The notes under the pieces: model-generated
Seen by the model: only the letters and a program-made list of their open reading frames with translations
Told to the model about the DNA's origin: nothing
Database searches by the model: none
Shown here: piece after piece, positions 56,822 to 64,000 of the stretch
Numbering within the stretch: the first letter of the stretch is position 1
Layout: the number at the start of each line of letters is the position of its first letter
Origin: Flectonema sp. DT1601
Taxonomy: Eukaryota
Direction: 5' to 3'
DNA: 64,000 nt
Assembly (NCBI GenBank): GCA_964019425.1
Contig: OZ025791.1
Span: 992,001-1,056,000 of the forward strand
Made by a program: the position numbers and the translations under genes

Positions 56822-59119
56822 TTAGTTACTAGTGACTTCTGAGGATGCCGTTTTCTCATTGAGATTTTTTTTTCGTCTAACCTTCCTGACGATTACAGGT
56901 AGCTTAGCGTTAACCTTCACAAATGATAATCCCAAGGGTGAATTACTTTTCAACTCAGCTCTTAGCATGTGATGTCTGACTAATGGACATGATGGACACA
57001 GTTTTAAAACTTCCAAAGCAGCATCATAGTTTCTATCAAACATAAGAATGCAAGCTTCACGTAACTGTTTATAACCTTCATTCGCGTCGTCACATTCACC
57101 AAATAACCAAGTTGCTGATTCTACCGAATTCGTATAACATGATAATTGATAAATGCATTTATCTCCTTTAATTCTATCGACAAAATTAAAGTCTTCTGGT
57201 CCGAGACTTGCTTTGACGTTGCCGCACAACGTTGATATATTTAAGGCTTGTGCATATTGCATTAAATCACTGAGGTTCGAACTTATTTTGCCGTGGATCA
57301 CTGGGTATCTTGCATGAATACCACCTGCTACTCCAATAATACACTTAGCCTGAGTTATTGCAGATACGAGTATTGTTTCGGGATGTTGATCGGTTACTTC
57401 ACGTGTTGCTTTTCTCGCATCGGTTATAGAATATCCAGTAAAAATACATTGAGTATACGATGCCATTATTGTAACAACATTTCCTCGTCTTCTTATTGCT
57501 ATTTGATGAATGGCTGACAGAAGGGTATTGATTGTTGCAGAATCAGTACTCTCTGCATCGCTAAGAGCGAATCCTACTGCAGTCAACTGGACAGACTCAA
57601 CACCTAAAGTGTGCGGATTAATGAGAGCATTAACCGGATTAGATCTGCTTAGTGCAGATACAGCTATGGTTGCATGCATTGTATGTACTCGTTCAGGAGT
57701 TGGTGTTAGAAGCTGTCCGATGCCGTCCTTACCTCGAAGGACGTCAGGTAAAAACTTTGCGTATTCTTCCAAAACATTTACGATATCTCTGAACGCCAAT
57801 AACAAAGGATGAGCATCATTATCAAGTGATTGTAATAGTTTAACAGAATCGAAATCCATTACAGTTACAGCCGCAGCTGTTTTTGATGCAGCTTCCAACA
57901 CCAATTGTAAATGCTGTTTCGATGCTAACGTTTTACTTATTAAACCACATACAAAAAGAACTGTTGTTCCCAACATGATTGATAATAAAACAGCTGCTAC
58001 TATTGGTGTTTGAGTTCTTCTCTCATTTTCGAAAGCCTCAGTTCGGTGGACTGCTAATTCCCATTCACGAGTTCCGAAACCAGTTTTGTGAAAGATCACA
58101 TTAGTTGTTGCGCGTAAGTTTTCATATGTTGGTCCTCTTTCAGGATAATCTGGTGCGAAGTCGCTGTACAATAACTCATTACTGCCTCCAGTGATATCAA
58201 AGAGATGAAGAGTGACTCCTTCTTGACTAACACCCTTCAAAGCGAAATGGATAACATCACCCATGCGATAGGCTTCTGACGCGAATCCCTTGAAGTTACC
58301 ATTGGCGTAGACTGGAATAAATAGTAAACAACCATACTGGTAACCTGCATCTATGTTTTCTTGAACTAAAACTATTCTACCTGTTGTGACCATAAGACCA
58401 CTTTCTCTTGCATGATTTATTGCTTTAAGCCGAATTGGGTGGGAGCCCATGTCAAAGCCGTGGACCGGGATATTCTCCTCGTATGGTTCGATAAAGTAAA
58501 CAGGAAAGTCTTCAATTCCAGAATCGTTAGTTGCCGCGGGTCCCTCGTGAAGACTGTGAAATTGAAATCCGGGATAACTTAAATTTGTTGCTTTTATGTA
58601 CCTGTCCACGTACGGTGTTTGCATGTCAGATTCCAATCGACTTCGCTGCTCTACTGAGTTGATATATGGCACCCACTCAAGGGCTTTGTGATAGCTGTAA
58701 CTTTTACTGTCTTTATCAATAAAATCTACGTAATCTTTAAATGTTTTGGGTGAAATATCGTCCTCATCACCCGAAAACAATTCAGCTATCCCAATGCAGT
58801 CTTTCATAGATATCAATATAGTCGATCGCAAGTGTGATGCGACGACGTTTGATATTTGGGTATGGGATACATTAACGACACTCAGTTCATTATCACTTAA
58901 TGATTTATGAACTTGTAGTCCTGTTAGAATAGCTACAGCTGGTGCGAATAACAGTGGAATCAAATAACGTTCTCGAAACTTAATAGATCCGTAGAGTCCT
59001 TTCCCTTCGTAGCTGGAGTTTCTCGTGACTTCATCATACACTACTTCCTGGGGGATTTCTACAGCTAGAGGTTTGTTGCCATCGGTTTCAGTCGACGCCG
59101 ACTCATCGGCTCGGCTCAT
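56822..59119 (-). CDS. CHASE-domain receptor with HAMP-like linker and degenerate class III cyclase domain
   Basis: TM, ALEWVP, FPVYFIEPYEENIPVHGFDMGSHPIR..AINHARESG, second TM, then LEEYAKFLP and IGVAGGIHARYPVIHG. Confidence 0.85.
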   Translation of the reverse strand: MSRADESASTETDGNKPLAVEIPQEVVYDEVTRNSSYEGKGLYGSIKFRERYLIPLLFAPAVAILTGLQVHKSLSDNELSVVNVSHTQISNVVASHLRSTILISMKDCIGIAELFSGDEDDISPKTFKDYVDFIDKDSKSYSYHKALEWVPYINSVEQRSRLESDMQTPYVDRYIKATNLSYPGFQFHSLHEGPAATNDSGIEDFPVYFIEPYEENIPVHGFDMGSHPIRLKAINHARESGLMVTTGRIVLVQENIDAGYQYGCLLFIPVYANGNFKGFASEAYRMGDVIHFALKGVSQEGVTLHLFDITGGSNELLYSDFAPDYPERGPTYENLRATTNVIFHKTGFGTREWELAVHRTEAFENERRTQTPIVAAVLLSIMLGTTVLFVCGLISKTLASKQHLQLVLEAASKTAAAVTVMDFDSVKLLQSLDNDAHPLLLAFRDIVNVLEEYAKFLPDVLRGKDGIGQLLTPTPERVHTMHATIAVSALSRSNPVNALINPHTLGVESVQLTAVGFALSDAESTDSATINTLLSAIHQIAIRRRGNVVTIMASYTQCIFTGYSITDARKATREVTDQHPETILVSAITQAKCIIGVAGGIHARYPVIHGKISSNLSDLMQYAQALNISTLCGNVKASLGPEDFNFVDRIKGDKCIYQLSCYTNSVESATWLFGECDDANEGYKQLREACILMFDRNYDAALEVLKLCPSCPLVRHHMLRAELKSNSPLGLSFVKVNAKLPVIVRKVRRKKNLNEKTASSEVTSN

Positions 59120-61502
59120 GCCGAGAGAACTTCCTTCCGCTTGGGAAGGATGCCTCAGCTTTGTGCTTTACATACTGTTGAGAGAAATAGTTGATTACTG
59201 TCGTAAGTGAAAGAAAATCGGAGTCTACCACTGATCCCTCTCTCATTTTGTTTTTTGAATGACTTCGCCTGTGTTGACTAAAGAACCTACCGAAAAACTA
59301 CAAAACACCCTCTTACCAAAGTCACAATAACCAAATAACTAAAAAAGCAAATAATATGCTCAAGAAATACGTTCCTTAAATTATTTACTCAACGAAATAG
59401 GAACCAGAAAAGAAATTTAATAAGGGGATAGTTCGACAATGGAATATACTTTAGAATACTTAAGAAAAGTAATAAGGTCAAAATGAGAAGCATGACAGAG
59501 AGGGGATAATAATTTAAGGCTTGCTAAAAACAAGCGTTATCTACGCTGCTACGATCTTTTTTTTTGGAGCACAACAGAAAAGTCAAGAGGCTGTATTATA
59601 AAACAGATCATCAAGAAAGCAATCATCCGAACAATAAATATGATTAGAACACATAAGAATATGATACTCATTTCAAAGTGAGTGAGCTCACTAGAAAGAG
59701 TAAACGTAACGAACAGCTTAAATTAGTTTAGAAGACTTGCACACAAAACAATCCATCTAACCTAACCTTCTTCAAGCACGCTTCTGTTTGTTGGGTATGC
59801 GAGAGAGGGTGTTTGTATGTGATTACATACATGATTTAACATCTGTTAAAGACACAATGACTACGATGATCAAGTTATCATTCTAAAGTAACTATTTAGG
59901 TTTCGAGAGTACACACTGAAGGAAAACCTAAAACTAGCCAACTATATTTTCGCTTTAGTCCGTTTGTCGGTAAACATAATACGAAAAACGTCGATTTTAA
60001 TTAAAAACGTTCATCATGTCAACACCGTTTGTTCCCTTGATACCCATTCTTTGTTTTAGTTCTTTAAAAAAGAAGAAGAAGAAGAAAATAGGAGAGAGAT
60101 TGTAGGAGAAGATAGTTAATATAAAGAACCCATGACAAGAAAACAGATACATGACACAAACCATAATTAGTGCTTTCAGATACTTCTAAGGGTCTAAGTG
60201 AGAAAAGTTATTTTTTATCTTTTTTTTTTTTTTTTTTTTTTTTTGCCCTCTGTTATTTCTAACTATCACTTTTATCACTAACAATAAGTAAACGAGATAA
60301 CGAAAGTCGATCACTTTATCTGCTTTGCTTTAATGAAAAACTGCAGTTAGTCAAGCAAATAATTTTTTTAAAAAAATAACTCATTGAACCGTTAGTATGA
60401 TAACAAAGAAAGAATTCCACTCGTTTTCAGAGAGAAAGTTTTGTTCAGATTGAGAAAAAGGGAAGGGAAAAACGATTGCATTAACCTAACCATTAACTTT
60501 TTTTTTTTTTTTTTTTTCCATTTTTCACACACCCATCCACATTACGGAGGACTTTCTTTAAAGTACCAAGAGATACCAGTATGAAATAAAATATTAAAAC
60601 TAATTACAATTAATTCTAATCGATTCTACTAATTTGCTTTTTGAGTGTAATATGAGTTATAAGATAGTACACCAAATCAATATTTGAAAATAGAAGCAAC
60701 ATGGTAGGGTGGGTCGAGGACCCTAATCTCGTGTGTTTTTTTAAAACAGTGGAAGTCAAGGATACGAAAGCTTGCATTAAGAAAAAAATAAAGTTTTACA
60801 ACATTCTGTCCTATCTGGTTTGTGAAACCAAACAAAAATCGAATTGAAATTGCGGCTAGGAACTAGTAATTTACCGAAACTTACAGACGCAGAGTTACGG
60901 TAAATCAAAATATTTTAAAAAAAAAAAAAAAAAGTTATAAAAACACATTATTCTGATGTTCCATAAAACACTGTGGCATGAGTGCTAGGTTACTCACAGC
61001 AACAGAAGACCCAATCCGTAACTGTTTCCGAAAACTAATTATGCCACTATTGTAAGGCATGTAAGGGGTAAAATCCCTTCTCCTTTCTCTCTTTTTTTTT
61101 TTTTTTTAAATTTATTTTCCATTCTTGAATTCCGACACCAAGAATAGTAAAAAAATTAACCGTGATCAATCAACAAGTTAGCTATAACATAAGTTACTGT
61201 ATATTATAAGTACTCTAGGAGAGTAACTTACTTGTAACAAAACCCACTACATTGATTATTTTGCTCATTCATTTAGACTACTTCTTTACTAGAAAAGAGA
61301 CGAGAGAGAAAGAAGGCGAGAACAAAACTATTCGGATTAACCTTCTGTTTAGTTGAACGCAGACAGAATCCTGTCGCACGGGAAAATAAATCATGACTAT
61401 AAGAAATAACGGCTTTCAATCTGAATAGTTTCTTCTCCGACTACTTCGGTACAAAAAAAAAAAGAAAATTGAATAATCAAACAGAAGTCAAAACAATACG
61501 CA

Positions 61503-61664
61503 TATTGTGCATCGCTGATAAAAAGCAAACTATGAAGCATCAGGTAAACACTATAGTTGCGAAGCAGCAGCACGCAAATAGACCCAATCCTGATAGAATC
61601 GTTGTGGTACCTTAGGCGAACAGGATTTCCTGATCACAGTATGCCATCGCCAGATTTCCACCTT
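61503..61664. repeat. Dispersed non-coding repeat, copy 2
   Basis: Homologous to 47594-47721 and followed by a hairpin at 61671-61697. Confidence 0.7.
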
Positions 61665-62533
61665 GTCTGATTGTAGATAGTAGTTACTAATCTACAAGGT
61701 CAGAGTGAGCGACGTGAAAAAAAGATTTAAATCGAAAAAAACAAATCAATAAAATAATTAAATATTTAAAAAGAAATAAATAGATCGCAAAAGAAAACAC
61801 GATTCACGTTATTGTTAGTTGTTTTTTTTCTGTTGACGTAACGTCATTTTACATGTGCAAAGGTTTCGCAGTAAAAGCTACAATTAAGCTATGGGCTGCG
61901 ACTGCTTTGCTTCACAACTCTCGAAAACAAAAAGCAGAAGGGGGAAAAAAGAATTCAAGGGGAGAAACAAACAACATCATACCAAACAGTATATGTAAGA
62001 AGAACAACGCTGCTTCAAACAAACCAACACACTGGATTGATGAATCCACCAACTAACTGCAAGCTGCTTATTAATCTGTATATAGGACACAAAAGAGAAC
62101 AACTTAACTAACAGACAGGTCACTGTTTGGAACAGATCACTGTTTCGACCTCTCAACATCCGACGAACAGTATCCAAAACAAAGAATCGTGGCTACCTGC
62201 AAGTGTTAGCTACTATGAAGAATAATAAAAAAATAAAAAAAATAAAAAAAAAACAAGGCTTCCGATTGCTAATCGGTTGCAAAAGATTACCAGACGACTT
62301 TTATTAAAAAGTCGAGAATTAGTAAAGATATAAGGAAGGAGAATATTGAAAAACCAAATCTTTTAATCATCTTTAACAATTTTGATCCGTGTAAATGCAA
62401 ACTCATGTCCCTCAAATCCTTGGGTCTACACCACAAGAATCCTTTGATATGTCTTAAGCGACATAAATTACGGAGGGAATCACAAGTTCAGCTACCAGGT
62501 GCTGATTTTTTCCTCAGTAAATAGGTTTGGTGA

Positions 62534-64000
62534 CTATGACGCCTGCTCCTCAACATAAATACTAGTCATCCACCAAGTGTTCACTGACAACGCAATCATT
62601 GACAGCGTCAACAATGAAAGCGCTACAAACCCATTTTCACATGAGTAGTATGTTAACAATGCTGTGATGTAGAGTGCTGTCAGGCAAGTAAAAGCATGCC
62701 AGAGACGTTGAAAACGATTCCGGACAGATATTCCCACCGAGGTACAAACCACAAGAACAACAAACAAGAAGAACACCAACCCATAAGTAGGAAAACGAGA
62801 GGCTTGACAAGGCATAAATCCAGGGGAATCATACTGTAATGCCACAAGTAGGAATTGCAGCCAAAACGGAATACCAACCGCTGCAAAGGTAGCTCCATAA
62901 CCAGCATCTCGAGTTCCAGGACTTGCGATCCAAAGCTCTTCGTGGAAAAGATGATAAAAGAATCGAAACATGCCAGGGGCACAACAAATAGTTCGCAAAA
63001 GAAAAAAACCATTACTGAGCAACATCGGACTGATGGTTGCGATCCATGGTACTACCCCTTCAGCTTTAATATTAAGAAATATAAAAACAATTGAAAGCCA
63101 GTATCCGAAATAAACGATTGTGTTAGTACCAGGAACTCTATGAGGGTTCATAAAACAAGAGTCTTTTTGACTAACTCCCTGAAGACGTTTTCTTACGCTG
63201 TCATCCCAATGAAGCCGAAGACGATAACTAGAAGCAGAATAGGAGATACCAACGAAGAAGAATAGCGCCAAAGAAGCTGCGAACGTTTGCATTGCTGTCT
63301 CTCTCATACTAACTCTATTTTGTTGGTCTACAGCGTATTCTAGTAAAAGAAGAACAGTCCCCGTAGTACTCAAGAGCATTGCACCCAATAATATAAATAT
63401 CCAAACTACCGCTACTACTTTATCGACAATCCAATCCATTTTATTAATCAATTTTGCTCTTCTATCATATTCAACACAAATCTTTGTAATCGCTGTTTCT
63501 GCATCATGAACTAAACTACTCATTGCAGTAATATATGCTTCACGGAATGAATTCACTGGTTTGTCTCTTGTTTTTATCGGAATAAATCCATATTTTGATA
63601 TACACCGACCTTTAATAGAAGTACCAGGAGACATTCTCACATCATGTTCAGTCATAGTGAAGAATAGTCTCTCAGTGTTATATGCTGGATAATATTTAAC
63701 TGACGATAGATAATTTCTTCTCCAGATATCGTCTGATGTGGCTGCTTGATTCCAACGTTGACATATTTCAGATGCTACCAAAAGACCTTCTCTCTTAAGA
63801 AAAAAACATATTTGCAATAAGCAATCTGACGGTAGTTCAGCGAATCCTGTGGGTGTCTCGACTACTTGTTCAGAGCTCATATTTTCACTTGTAACATCTA
63901 TCTGGCCAGGTAATAACCATGATGGTGGTGTCAAATGGAACGGAGGGATCGGAATTCCATTCAAATCACACGAAAGTGGTGGTGGTGGAGGTGGTGAAGG
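62534..64000 (-). CDS. F-box protein with multiple C-terminal TM helices (5' end runs off the window)
   Basis: F-box FAELPSDCLLQICFFL..SEICQRWNQAATSDDIWRR, then about 7-8 hydrophobic segments. The frame stays open to position 64000. Confidence 0.82.
   Translation of the reverse strand, partial: PSPPPPPPLSCDLNGIPIPPFHLTPPSWLLPGQIDVTSENMSSEQVVETPTGFAELPSDCLLQICFFLKREGLLVASEICQRWNQAATSDDIWRRNYLSSVKYYPAYNTERLFFTMTEHDVRMSPGTSIKGRCISKYGFIPIKTRDKPVNSFREAYITAMSSLVHDAETAITKICVEYDRRAKLINKMDWIVDKVVAVVWIFILLGAMLLSTTGTVLLLLEYAVDQQNRVSMRETAMQTFAASLALFFFVGISYSASSYRLRLHWDDSVRKRLQGVSQKDSCFMNPHRVPGTNTIVYFGYWLSIVFIFLNIKAEGVVPWIATISPMLLSNGFFLLRTICCAPGMFRFFYHLFHEELWIASPGTRDAGYGATFAAVGIPFWLQFLLVALQYDSPGFMPCQASRFPTYGLVFFLFVVLVVCTSVGISVRNRFQRLWHAFTCLTALYITALLTYYSCENGFVALSLLTLSMIALSVNTWWMTSIYVEEQAS

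Overview
Eukaryotic genomic DNA, most likely euglenozoan and probably diplonemid-like. This is an inference from about 20 host genes all on the minus strand, an MPK3-like TDY MAP kinase, a VIPER/TATE-type retroelement and short GTATG..AG cis-introns. Recognisable genes include CitE/CLYBL-like lyase, HAAO, a 3-exon CWC22, MAPK, an argininosuccinate synthase homologue, a divergent 14-3-3, RING, FAS1, RCC1, EF-hand, beta-helix and F-box proteins. The only plus-strand coding relics are two decayed retroelements. The most notable system is a set of four membrane receptors with bacterial-type extracellular sensors: two carry an MCP/histidine-kinase-like helical sensor and two carry CHASE. Three of them share a HAMP-like linker plus an apparently inactive class III cyclase module. 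Also notable are an intact ASS gene lacking many catalytic residues and a 44-nt 18S rRNA fragment. All family assignments come from motif recognition by eye; no searches were run.
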